In this document: in pieces, positions 35,944 through 46,865 of the stretch
Layout of the letters: every line of letters starts with the position of its first letter
Position numbering within the stretch: position 1 is the first letter of the stretch
Source of the DNA: Octopus vulgaris
Lineage: Eukaryota
Reading direction: 5' to 3'
Assembly (NCBI GenBank): GCA_951406725.2
Contig: OX597817.1
Coordinates: forward strand, 102,610,001 to 102,674,000
DNA: 64,000 bases
Program-made: the position numbers and the translations under genes
Notes under the pieces: model-generated
What the model saw: the letters and a program-made list of their open reading frames with translations, nothing else
Databases searched by the model: none
Told to the model about the DNA's origin: nothing

Positions 35944-38177
35944 ATCCTAAAATAATTAATTTATCAAAAAGAGATCTTGACAATGATGAAATCCAACTTC
36001 TGTCAAAAGGACTGAAATTCACACCTACACCAACAGCCAACCACCAAGAATTAAAGGAGGATATCCAAAAATTCTGTCGAAAATTACGACTTGTAGAATT
36101 CTTCGCTAACAAAAGTAATGAGATTGATGAATCCCTAGTAAGGAATAAATCAAATTTCACCCCACCAAAAGGAAGAAATAACTACCTTGACCAATACATT
36201 GATATCCTGTCTAAATTTCCCCTTAGACGCAATACCAATGTTAGGCCAAACATTAGCAAATCAGAGATGTCTGCATGTAAACGTATACAAAACGATCAAA
36301 CAATAATAATTAAACAAGCAGATAAAGGTGGTGCAATTGTTATTATGGATACCGAATACTATAAGGATTTGGTTGAAGACCAACTGAAGGATACAACCTT
36401 CTATTGTGAAATACCCGCAAATATAGACCACCACATCATGAAAAAGATCAACAACCTGATTTCAACACACCACAACTCACTTACGGATAATGAAAAAGAC
36501 TACATCACCAATTTTGAACCAAAACCCAGCAACTTCTACGGCTTACCAAAAATACACAAATCAAAAAACATTCAACAGGCAGTAAAAGAACAAGAAAGTG
36601 AGTACATAAAATTATTACATCCAAAAGACCTAAAACTTAGACCTATTATAGCTGGTCCAGCATGCCCTACACACCGTCTAAGCAATTTTATTGACATTGT
36701 TTTGAAACCACTATGTACTTACATACCAAGTTTCATCAGGGATGACATCGACTTCCTGTCCCATCTTCCCAAAACAACAGAAACAAATTCAGTTTTGCTA
36801 AGTTTTGATGTGGTAAGCCTCTACACAAATATTCCACACGATTTAGGAATAAAGGCGATTAAATACTGGTTAGAAAAACATAGAGAAGTGATTCCCAGCA
36901 GATTCACAGTGCCATTTATATTAGACACAGTCAAACTTATTCTAGAAAATAACACATTCTTCTTCAATGGAAAGAATTACATCCAAATTAGAGGCACGGC
37001 GATGGGAACGAGGTTTGCTCCCGTTTACGCCAACTCTGTAATGGGATACTTAGAAGAACAACTCTACCAAGAGGTGGAGGTAAACTATGGCACTGGATTT
37101 AGAAAGTATATTGAAAAGGCATGGAAGAGATACCTAGACGACTGTTTCATAATCTGGACAGAATCTCTAAATACTCTGGAAGAGTTCAATATCCTCCTGA
37201 ACAACCTACACCCATCTCTCAAATTTACAAAGGAGATGAGTAGTACCAAATTACCATTCCTGGATATAATGGTAATTAAAAAAGACACCACCATCACCAC
37301 AGATATATACTATAAACACACAGACACACATCAATACCTAAATTTTAAGTCGTGCCATCCACCACATACAAAACGTAACATCCCATACTGCCTAGCCAGA
37401 AGAATTTGTACTATTGTAGAAGATGCAAATATCAGGAACAAACGCCTAATAGAACTAAGAGAATTTTTGCTCAAACAAAAATACCCATCTCTACTTATAG
37501 AAAATGGCATACAGCGGGCTATAAAAATACCTATACAACAACTTAGGACAACCCAAGGAAGAGGAAAACAAGAACAAGTCATACCATTCATAGTGACACA
37601 CAACCCATGTCACCAGAATATCTTCAACATTGCCAAAGCAAACCTACCAATCATTGCCCAAAGTAATGAATTAAAAGACATAATCAAGGATCGAGCTATG
37701 GTGCTTAGTAAAAGACAGCCTAAAAACTTGAAAACATTACTAACAAAGGCAAAATTTGACCTCAGCAACAAAGACCAAACATTCACGGTATCTAAATGCA
37801 ATGATAGCCGATGTGGCACATGCCAATTCATACATACCGGTCAATATATAAACACAAAAACCGGGAAAATATTCACAAACGCGAATATGAACTGCAAAAG
37901 CAGAAATTTAATTTACTGCATCAAATGCCCAAATTGTGAAGAAATATATGTAGGTCAGACGGGAAACGCACTATTAGAACGCTCACGTGTACACCGGCAA
38001 CAGATTAGAGACCCAGAGGTCCGTCAGATACCTTTGAGTAACCACCTAGCAACATGTGGTCGGAAAATATATATAATATTTCCATTCTACAAATTACACA
38101 GCCCAAGTGAAATCGAGAGGAAAATCAGAGAAAAGAATTTTATTGATAAATTCGAACCCAAGCTAAATAAGCAATAA
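35850..38177 (+). CDS. PLE reverse transcriptase plus GIY-YIG endonuclease (775 stop-free codons; first ATG at 36267 lies downstream of conserved N-terminal motifs)
   Basis: IINLSKRDLDNDEIQLLSKGLKFTPTP upstream of the ATG; ADKGG, FYGLPKIHK, LRPII, SFDVVSLYTNIP, GTAMGTRFAP, RYLDD, LPFLDI, CNDSRCGTC, LIYCIKCPNCEEIYVGQTG...H...H...EKNFIDKFEPKLN. Confidence 0.95.
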   Translation, partial: PEKNPFFYVRTTNTGERKNPRGNIPQTTERIDPKIINLSKRDLDNDEIQLLSKGLKFTPTPTANHQELKEDIQKFCRKLRLVEFFANKSNEIDESLVRNKSNFTPPKGRNNYLDQYIDILSKFPLRRNTNVRPNISKSEMSACKRIQNDQTIIIKQADKGGAIVIMDTEYYKDLVEDQLKDTTFYCEIPANIDHHIMKKINNLISTHHNSLTDNEKDYITNFEPKPSNFYGLPKIHKSKNIQQAVKEQESEYIKLLHPKDLKLRPIIAGPACPTHRLSNFIDIVLKPLCTYIPSFIRDDIDFLSHLPKTTETNSVLLSFDVVSLYTNIPHDLGIKAIKYWLEKHREVIPSRFTVPFILDTVKLILENNTFFFNGKNYIQIRGTAMGTRFAPVYANSVMGYLEEQLYQEVEVNYGTGFRKYIEKAWKRYLDDCFIIWTESLNTLEEFNILLNNLHPSLKFTKEMSSTKLPFLDIMVIKKDTTITTDIYYKHTDTHQYLNFKSCHPPHTKRNIPYCLARRICTIVEDANIRNKRLIELREFLLKQKYPSLLIENGIQRAIKIPIQQLRTTQGRGKQEQVIPFIVTHNPCHQNIFNIAKANLPIIAQSNELKDIIKDRAMVLSKRQPKNLKTLLTKAKFDLSNKDQTFTVSKCNDSRCGTCQFIHTGQYINTKTGKIFTNANMNCKSRNLIYCIKCPNCEEIYVGQTGNALLERSRVHRQQIRDPEVRQIPLSNHLATCGRKIYIIFPFYKLHSPSEIERKIREKNFIDKFEPKLNKQ
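35865..35871 (+). other. Candidate -1 ribosomal frameshift heptamer T TTT TTT
   Basis: ORF1 codons CAT TTT TTT ACG; lies in the 94-nt ORF1/ORF2 overlap, 15 nt after the last ORF2-frame stop (TAA 35847-35849). Confidence 0.55.
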
Positions 38178-38489
38178 TAATAATACTTAGAGGTATTACT
38201 TCCACTGCTACGACCATGACCACTAACAACAACAACAATACTAAAGGTGATCAAGACGAAGATAGCAGGAAAATTATCTTATTTAGGGTTAAAAGTTCTA
38301 TTGCCACCACCATCACCACTAGCAACAATAATTAAGGTGCTGACAATGATGATGATGACAATTGAAATATAAAAATATAAAAATCTCTGACAAAGGATAT
38401 TTACAACATTTCTAAAAATAACCCAACAATTGCTGCTTCGGCCAGGGTCAAGATACAGGACTCTTGACCTGTCCAACAAAGCGTGATGC

Positions 38490-38640
38490 CTAAACCAATC
38501 AGCTCAACCAACCAATCAGCTTAAGTAATTGAGTGATACTACACACTGATTGGTCAGAATACAGTTTGCAAAACCTAGCACTCTGGAGCCTACCCAGCTG
38601 TATTTATAGCACAGAATCACTCATCTTGCTACAGTCAAAA
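38490..38640 (+). promoter_or_regulatory. Putative Pol II promoter of the PLE: three CCAAT boxes, a TATA-like box and an Inr-like site
   Basis: CCAATCAG at 38495 and 38512, CTGATTGG at ~38546, TATTTATA at 38601-38608, ACAGTC 30 nt later at 38631. Confidence 0.6.
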
Positions 38641-38900
38641 ATTGTGAAGCATGACTGTCAACACTACTACATGAACCCGAAGATTGCAGAATTCAATGCA
38701 TGAAAGTACTAGTTCAATCAGAATGAATATTTAACATTCTACTATTTCATTTTATTTTATTCAATTATAATATATTATCTTATAATATATCATTATAAGA
38801 TTGTAAATAAAACGTGAAAATCAGACAAGTTTGGAATTCTTTTTATTAATATATTCTTCTATACACAATCACACACACCCATATATATATATATCTATAT
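38638..38900 (+). repeat. 3' pseudo-LTR (duplicated part)
   Basis: Direct repeat of 34367-34629, offset 4271 bp. Confidence 0.95.
38672..38716 (+). ncRNA. Second copy of the minimal hammerhead variant
   Basis: Identical to 34401-34445. Confidence 0.72.
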
Positions 38901-38919
38901 ATATATATATACACACACA

Positions 38920-39060
38920 ACTGGTTTCCTTCAGTTTTTGTCTACTAAATCCACTCACAAGGCTTTGGTTGGCCCAGGGCTATAGTAATACTTGCTCAAT
39001 GTATCAGGCCATAAGGCTGAAGCCGGAATCATGTGGTTAAAAAGTAAACGTCTACCACAC
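38920..39060 (-). mobile_element. SINE family B head fragment
   Basis: cagtttttgtctactaaatccactcacaaggctttggttggcccagggctatagta. Confidence 0.7.
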
Positions 39061-39869
39061 ATTTACGTCTGTGTGTGTGTGTGTGTATGTGTGTGTGTGT
39101 GTGTGCATGCATGTATATACGTATGTATGTACGTATGTAGATACAAAGAAAAAGGGACAGACACAGAAAGACATGCATATATACAAGTACGTACATACGC
39201 GCATGTGTGTGTGCATGCATGTTTGTATGCTGTACGCATGCATGTACGTGTGCATCCATGTATATATTTATATGTGTATATATGCTTGTATTCATGTGTG
39301 TGTGTGTGTGTGTGCGCGCGTGCACGTGTATTTATCTGTGTTGATTAATCTGTGACGAAGAGACAGATTGCGTGAGTGTGGATGCATGTATGCGACATGT
39401 AATAACTGGGATTATATATTTATGAGTCTGCGCATCGTTGTGTATAAATAAATGTATATGCTGTATACACTGTGCGTAGGTATTGAAGGTAATTTCAACA
39501 TCATGGTTATTTATGTTTTCATCCGGATTAACCTTACTATAAATGGCAATGTATATCATTTCTGCTTTTCTCCATGCATCGTAAGAAAATAGGATCGCGT
39601 TACATTTTAGGCAGCACAACTAGCAACGTTTTTTTTAAAGTAGCGTTTAATTTAGCTATGACTTAGTACGCTGCCATGGTCAGCTTTCTTGTTGTCAATT
39701 GACCGTTGAGATCGGGAAGTGCAACTCTACAACAAATTTATAGTCCTGCCATAGAAAACTAGGAGCTTAATTCAAGTGTCAGCTACAGTATAAAAATATA
39801 TCTATGCTGTTTTTCTTACTTTGAGCTTTTAGCCTTGACCCCTTCCTTAATTGTCTTTGTGCAAAATCG

Positions 39870-40405
39870 ATGAATGTCAGAAACGTTAGAGCAACGGATA
39901 AAATACGTTGCAGCATTTAATGATGTCTCTTTACGTTTTGAGTCTAAATCTCATCAAAGTAAAGTTTACTTTTTATCCTTCCGATTTCGATAAAATATGT
40001 ACAAGTCAAATACTGGTAGTAAGTCAAATCGACATAACCATCCACTCAAATTTTCGTCTGTGTGTCAATATGCCACAACTCTACTGGCACTCCGTCGGTT
40101 ACAGCGATATGTGTTCCAGTTGATCAGATCAACAGAGCAGCCCAGTTGCGAAATTAATGTGACAGTGGCTGAGAACTTCACAGATGGGCGTATCTTTAAC
40201 ATAGTTCTCGGGGAAATTCAGTGTGACACAGAATGTGATAATGCTGGTCCTTTGAACTACAAGTACTACTCACGTTTGCCATCTGAGATGACAGGAACAA
40301 GGTGAAATAAAGTATCTAGCTCAAGGACATAACACACCGCCGGGAATCGAACTCATGACCATACACTCGTGAACAGAATGCCCTAACCACTAAGTCACGC
40401 GTCTT
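39870..40405. mobile_element. Degraded SINE A (+, ~39870-40070) and SINE C (-, ~40080-40405)
   Basis: Family A body ttacgttttgagtctaaat...atccttccgatttcgataaaat; reversed family C head gtcatgagttcgattcccggcggtgtgttatgtccttgagc. Confidence 0.7.
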
Positions 40406-41364
40406 CAACTATATTGACGCAACTATACTGTATTCGTCCTGGTGAAAAACCGAAAGACATATAGCATAATCGTTGTTAAATGTATTCAATATGTTTCTAT
40501 AAGAAGGCAAAGATATCGGGGGCATTTCTGGTATGACAGAGTTTAAGACTTTGAGATTTAAATTCTTAAAATAATACTGCTTTGATTAATTACTGATGCC
40601 TAGCATCTTCATTTTTGATTCTATGATATGCTACAAAATAAATCTACATGTCAGCGTAAACTGTGAATAAATGTATACAAACAATATCAGCTGTAGACGA
40701 TGATATATCTATGTTGGGGTTCCATAGTAGAGTGTCACTAATGAGTTTTTGCACAGCTCTCCTGCGATATCCTGAAAAACACGTGTATCTCTCTCTCTCT
40801 CTCTCATGACAGCAGTTATTGCAAGAAGACTAGCATATTATCCTTGGCCTGATAATATTTGTACTGGATATTCATAATGGCCCGTAACATGCAAGTGTAA
40901 GTGCCATTAAGCTTATCTCCGGGTATTTGCTGAGTTACCACACAGTTGACAAAGGGTCAGCGGTCAGCGGTCAAGCAAAACGTTATATTGATCATCTCTG
41001 AACTAGTACAGGATGTTGCCTTTTTGGTTTCTCAAATGCTAAGCATGACTGTGATGTGGGTGCGATTGAGTCAGGCAGACCCGAATAATTTGACTAGATG
41101 GTGATCATGATTAAATAAATAGATTTTAAGATGGTACTGCGTGTGTATATAAAAAATTAATTAAATACCCTGGATAGACGTAAATAACTGTCATCGATAT
41201 CAGCCGGCTACGACCGATATCGTTTATATACAATATTGTTTATATACATTTATTTACGCTGCTTGCACATTTATTTACACAGCGTGCGTAAATTAATTTA
41301 AAATGGTTAGTTATTTAATAATGAGTAACATTAATTCTACAGTGACACAGAAGTTTCTCTTAAC

Positions 41365-41580
41365 ATTGGCTTCGAGTTTTGGTACAAGGCCAGCAATTTC
41401 AGGGGAGGGATAAGTTGATTGTATCAACCTCAATACTCAACTGACACTTTTTTGTTGACCCCGAAAGAATGAGAGGCAAAATCGACCTCGGTGGAATTTC
41501 AACTCAGAGCGTAAAGAGGGACAAAATGCAGCGAAGCATTTTGCTCGGCCTGCTAATGATTCTGCTAACTCGCCGCCTAG
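41365..41580 (-). mobile_element. SINE family A copy
   Basis: Reverse-complement match including the head ggcggcgagttagcagaatcattagca. Confidence 0.75.
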
Positions 41581-41599
41581 TTTCTCTTAACATTGATCA

Positions 41600-41950
41600 A
41601 CAGGCCACCCGGAAATCCATACTTTCGAGAGATAATAACAATATCAGATTATATTGAAGATATTGCTCTCTTCAGAGACACCATCTCAGAATCTATCGCC
41701 CGTCCTTCAAATAGGAGTTTGAAATCAAACTTTGTATGATAATGCCTCGAATACTGAATACAACGCTTACACTCGGGGGGGATAAGGGGCACAATCACAT
41801 AAAACCTTCGGAAAACTGTCGACGCCTTTGTAAACTAAGGAATTTATATCGTTTCTACAAAAAAACGATGAAAAGTTCGTCTCGCGAAGTGTAACAGCAT
41901 CTTTCGTATAGTTAATCTTAAAACAAATATCGGCAACATCTTTGAAGAAA
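41600..41950 (+). pseudogene. Highly eroded RTE-like RT fragment
   Basis: SDYIEDIALFRDTIS (cf. DFADDIALL) followed at the expected spacing by a degenerate NLGIYIVST (cf. FKYLGSYI). Confidence 0.4.
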
Positions 41951-42797
41951 GGCTAAAACTTGCCAACATTCTAATAATTATTAAAAATTATCTTGAAAGA
42001 TTATTTCTATATGTTCATAGTAAATAAACTAGCGGCACTCAAGCTCCCAGATTTATCAGTTCACCTCGTCTCGTCTTCCTTTCTTGTTACAGAGGGCACC
42101 AAAACATAGATAGTCTAGGGCGCCAGCCATTCTGTAACAACTAGTATTCGATTGGGTACACTCGTTTATGATATGGCGGCAAGGGCCCAACATGAGAAAG
42201 AACAATTTACGTTGGCAACTTGATGCCTATCAGTCAAGTTGTGTTCAATTAACTCCAGGCGTTTCCCTTTTATTTCATACACCTATAGTTTCTTCAGCAG
42301 TCTTTTGTATGCGACAAGGTCAAAAGTTTCAGTTAAATACAAGTAAATTACATCAACTGGAACGCCTTAATCTAGACATTTAGTCCTAAACTCTAGTACG
42401 ACTAGAGGTTTGTTGCACATGAATGCCCAGTAATGAGCTCATGCTGGCAATCATATTGTTAATATATCAATGTCATATAAGTAGTGCTTCATCAACTCGT
42501 TCCGTGTGAATGAATCCAAGAATCTTCCTCTGAATATTGCTTATTGCATGAAACCTGAATATTTTATGAGAAATTGTAACCTTCGTGTCTTTTCGAAGAG
42601 CAAGTGGGATTAAAAAATAGATCTACCTAGGAAATTTCTTGCTGAGCATTGTATTCTCCAGGTTCTGAACGAATGGAATATTTTATTTTTTCTTATTTCA
42701 GAAATTATATTTTTGGCAGCGCTTGGTGACTTTAAGGAGCCGTAATGGCTACAACGTTTAAAAAACAAAAGATTTAAGACCGGCACAAATGTTTTAT

Positions 42798-42801
42798 GCA
42801 C

Positions 42802-42897
<96 letters not shown>

Positions 42898-42951
42898 TAG
42901 GGAGAGTGCGTGCTTGTGTGAGCCAGCCTGTGCGAGCGTGCTTGTGTGAAC

Positions 42952-43010
<59 letters not shown>
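42798..43010. repeat. (CA)n and (TG)n arrays in inverted orientation ~60 bp apart
   Basis: (CA)n at ~42798-42894, (TG)n at ~42955-43010. Confidence 0.95.
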
Positions 43011-43014
<4 letters not shown>

Positions 43015-43197
43015 CGTGCGTATGTATGTCCAATAAATATTTTACGCTACCGTATATATCTTACTAAATTTATAGGTGCATTAATATGCTACTATATATA
43101 CCAGTGTATATACACCTATACATGCACGCACATACACACCCTCACACATATATGTGTGTCTATATCTATCTATCTATATATCTGTGTGTGTGTGTGT

Positions 43198-43259
<62 letters not shown>

Positions 43260-43374
43260 TATACAGATTGATAGATACATACATACATTCATACATAATA
43301 CATCTTTCAATACATACATACATACATACATACATACATGAATTGCATACATACATACATACAAACATACTACG

Positions 43375-43765
43375 AAGGCGGCGAGCTGGCAGAAACCTTA
43401 GCATGCCGGGCGAAATGCTTAGCGGTTTTTTTTCTGCCGCTACGTTTTGGGTTCAAATTCCGGTTGCCTTTCATCCTTTCGGGGTCGATTTAATAAGTAC
43501 CAGTTGCGCACTGAGGTCGATATAATCGACTTATTCCGTTTGTCTGTTCTTGTTTGTCCTCTCTGTGTGTAGCCCTTTGTGGGCAGTAAAGAAATAGGTA
43601 TTTCGTCTGTCTTTACGTTCTGAGTTCAAATTTCGTAGAGGTCGACTTTGCCTTTCATCCTTTCGGGGTCGATAAATTAAGTACCAGTTACGCACTGGGG
43701 TCGATCTAATCGACTGGCCCCCTCCCCAAAAATATCGGACCTTTTTCCTAGAGTAGAAAAGACTA
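43375..43765 (+). mobile_element. SINE family A, internally dimeric young copy
   Basis: Head ggcggcgagctggcagaaacc...; the body gcctttcatcctttcggggtcgat...agtaccagtt occurs twice (~43466 and ~43650). Confidence 0.85.
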
Positions 43766-43874
43766 TTAGTAACTAACTTGTGGGGAGGGGATTATCTTTT
43801 GTTTGTTTGGTTGGCTTTTTTTTAAAGATAAAGGCCTCTTCGATTGACATGTTTATATGCTTACTTATACTTCC

Positions 43875-45072
43875 TAAATTGCCCTTAAAAAATGGAAAAG
43901 TAAACGGCGATAGAAACCGGAAGTGACGACAGTGGCATACAAGAATTTCATGCCACAGACACCACAGCGTATATTACATTCTAGTAATGCGTTTTAATAT
44001 TTCTGAAATAGCAGCTGAAGTACATTGTTCTAGTGTTCTATAACCATCAATGAACATTACTGAGAAAGCAATTTGTTGGCTTGCACATCGACGCATGACA
44101 GTCAACACAGCTTTATGTGAGTGTAAACAATAATATGAAATTGTCGGAGTCAACAGTTGTGATGATAAAGATTTGTTGTTAGGACGGCAAGTTGTAAGAT
44201 GTGTAAGATAGACAATGCATGAAGTTTTAAGGAAATATTTGTTTACCGTTACGTTACAATACCTTGCCTCGACGGACAGGTTATGATAAATCCAAAAGCA
44301 TGCGAAGTAAAGTTTGGTGCGGTAGAATGTTGTATTACATAGTTTGGCGTAACGGAATAGTTAGTAATAATCCACAGATAGCGATAGAATGATGTTGCAA
44401 GAGAACAGAATTAGAGCTAGAGAGAATTGTAGGGTGTTGTCTCACAGTTGCTTTCTCCCTCTGACCAAGGTTGGTCAGCCAGACCTCGTTGAGTCGTCAC
44501 CTACTGTGACTAACTGATTTTTGCTTGGGGTATGCTTGCTTATATAAAGATTCAGAAGGATAGATATATCGTTGAGAACAATAGATTTAGTTGGTGGTCT
44601 TGTTGTCTCTATTCTAGCTTTTGGTGAAGTAGAAGAGGTTAGAAATGGTCAAGTAGTGAAGACATTATTTCGGCCTAGCTAAAGGCATCTGGAAAATGTA
44701 AAACCGCTGTCAGAGAAAAACCATTGTTCCACTATGGGAACAGTTCTGTTGCAGCGTTAATTTTAATTTGGCTATGGTGGATCGAATCCACTTCATGCAT
44801 GCAAGATCCACTACATGAGCAATGTAATACTCCTGCACGATAAATGATCTGTAGAGAAAGAACCGATAGAAAAAGGTGGATTGTTCCAGTGGATTCACTC
44901 GAACTATACGAGTCAGTTCCTTTTTTGAGAAAAAACACTTGACTCTACCAATAATAATTAATTTCAAGTACATGTAGATAAGAGAGTGTCACATGTTTAC
45001 ATAAAATTACGGGATGTCACTGTCATCACTTCCAGTTTCTATCGCAATTTTCATTTCTTCCAGGACAATTTA
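43875..45072. mobile_element. Old unclassified DNA element with long (~75 bp or more) imperfect TIRs
   Basis: gcgatagaaaccggaagtgacgacagtggcat (~43907-43938) vs atgtcactgtcatcacttccagtttctatcgc (~45014-45045), extendable outwards to taaattg / caattta; no TSD or ORF identified. Confidence 0.65.
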
Positions 45073-45477
45073 CTTTCATTTTTCTACGACGGTAAACTGC
45101 ATGTTAACCGACATTATAATCGTTGAGGTATCCACCATGTGTTGTTATTGTTATTGTTTAACCAAAAGTAAGCCCAGACTGAGATGATCTACGGACTTTA
45201 AGATAGTGATTTGTTAACTTATAGGTTGTTATATTTAGTAGGTCTAGTGACCGTATAGAACATTATTCATTGCACGTTTATTATGTATTGATACAATTTT
45301 GTAGTACTTTGAGAGGAAGTATGAAAGGGTATGTTTAATTTAAGTAGTTGGAACAAAATGTGACAATAAAAACAATAGCTTTGCTGGGAATAATAACAAA
45401 ACCAACAAACTGTCATTAGTAGCAACGCTTATTGGTATTAACGACGACGACACTACTAACGACCTCCTTTCGTCCTA

Positions 45478-45690
45478 AATATTGGTTTCAAATGTTGGCA
45501 AAAGGCCAGCAATTTTAGGATAGAGGTAAGTCGATTACATCGACTCCAATGCTTAACTGGTACTTATCTTATCGACCTCGGAAGGGTAAAAAGCGAAGTC
45601 GTCCTCCGGCGGAATTTGAACGAAAAGACAGATGAAATGCCGCTAAGCATTTTGCCCAGCGTGCTAATGATTCTGCCAGCTCGCTGCCTT
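45478..45690 (-). mobile_element. SINE family A copy
   Basis: Reverse-complement match to family A. Confidence 0.8.
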
Positions 45691-45703
45691 AATAAAAGCA
45701 ACG

Positions 45704-45795
45704 TGCCCAGGTGGGATCAACTCACAACCTTCAGATCCCTGCACAGACCTTGTTTCATTATGCGAGTGACGCGCTGCCTACTGCGCTACCGAGGC
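45704..45795 (-). pseudogene. Elongator tRNA-Met(CAT) pseudogene with a 22-nt intron at position 37/38
   Basis: GCCTCGGTAGCGCAGTAGGCAGCGCGTCACTCGCATA[ATGAAACAAGGTCTGTGCAGGG]ATCTGAAGGTTGTGAGTTGATCCCACCTGGGCA closely follows metazoan tRNA-Met-e; single-base deletions in the T arm and acceptor stem; TTTT 6 nt downstream. Confidence 0.8.
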
Positions 45796-46339
45796 ACTTT
45801 TCATTCCAAATATTATTTATTATAACTGGAATTGTTTACACTAAACTCTATCAAAGGATTATTATTACTATAAGTGAAAGTGTTATAGTTACATTGTTAC
45901 ACTTGTAGCTATACCCTGTCCCACACAATTCTCCTTTATTCTCCAGTACGAAGTTTTAATAAACATGGAATGAACCTAATTTTATATTGAGAAAACGATA
46001 TATTTTATTGTTAGAAGCTTAACATTATTATCTTTATCAAAGCTGTTATCCCTTGACTCTTTCCTCTTCACTTCCCTTTCTTCTTCTCGCTCTATATCTC
46101 CTTTTCTTTCTTACATTTTAGCATCAAGACATTTATTGAATATGTACATCTGAACTCTATGGATCTGATTCTCGGGAAGACATCCTAATCGTTGTCATTA
46201 CGCGGGTAAGGTTATAATAGATAATGAGAAAGAAAAGTTGTGGCCTTCATACATTCCTCAAGTTAACAACATGAATAAAAGTCTGTTTTGTAACTGGCAG
46301 TCGAACAAAGTTGCCATCGTGGTTCGACATATGATCATG

Positions 46340-46865
46340 CTCTCCACCATCACTGCACCACGATGTCAGTAAACTACTCTGCCACTACCATATGATACCG
46401 CTGCATTACGATGACTGTACACTATGATACTACTATGCCACGAGGCTACTACACTACAATATCACTTCAATACGATATCATTACACTACAACATAACGTC
46501 ACTATATACGACATTAGTGCATTCCGCCCCAGTACTGTGATGTCACAAAACTAGGAAGCCATGATATCACTACAATATCCCTACACTGCGAGGCTACTAC
46601 ACAACCATGACAATACACTACAATACCACTACATCAAGAAGCTACAGCACCACACTATAATGTCATTACGAAACGATGCGGCTGTCAGTACATTACATTG
46701 CACCTTACATTAGAATGCCACATTACTAAATGTTACAACACTACGATACCACTACCATTCTGTGTGATTGTACTATGGTATCGGCACACTCTAATGCTAC
46801 CACATTATTATGCTGCCATTACACTCCCATGCAACAACACTAGAATGCCACTACATACGATGAAA
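46340..46865. repeat. Ancient degenerate minisatellite (CACTA-rich, ~10-bp period)
   Basis: Recurrent acactacaat / acactatgat / ccactaccat-type units. Confidence 0.7.

Larger units (their letters stand above)
34367..38900 (+). mobile_element. Full-length young Penelope-like retroelement (Neptune/Naiad-type endonuclease) with direct pseudo-LTRs and two ORFs
   Basis: Direct repeats 34367-34629 and 38638-38900 (one mismatch seen), uninterrupted RT plus GIY-YIG ORF, a hammerhead in each repeat, TA runs at both edges. Confidence 0.95.

Noticed and set aside
38178-38640. SECIS element / selenoprotein PLE as described for some Naiad elements
   Set aside because: ORF2 has no in-frame TGA and no convincing AUGA-AA-GA kink-turn hairpin was seen
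34367-38900. LTR retrotransposon interpretation of the direct repeats
   Set aside because: No TG...CA ends, PBS, PPT, protease or integrase; the RT and GIY-YIG motifs are PLE-type
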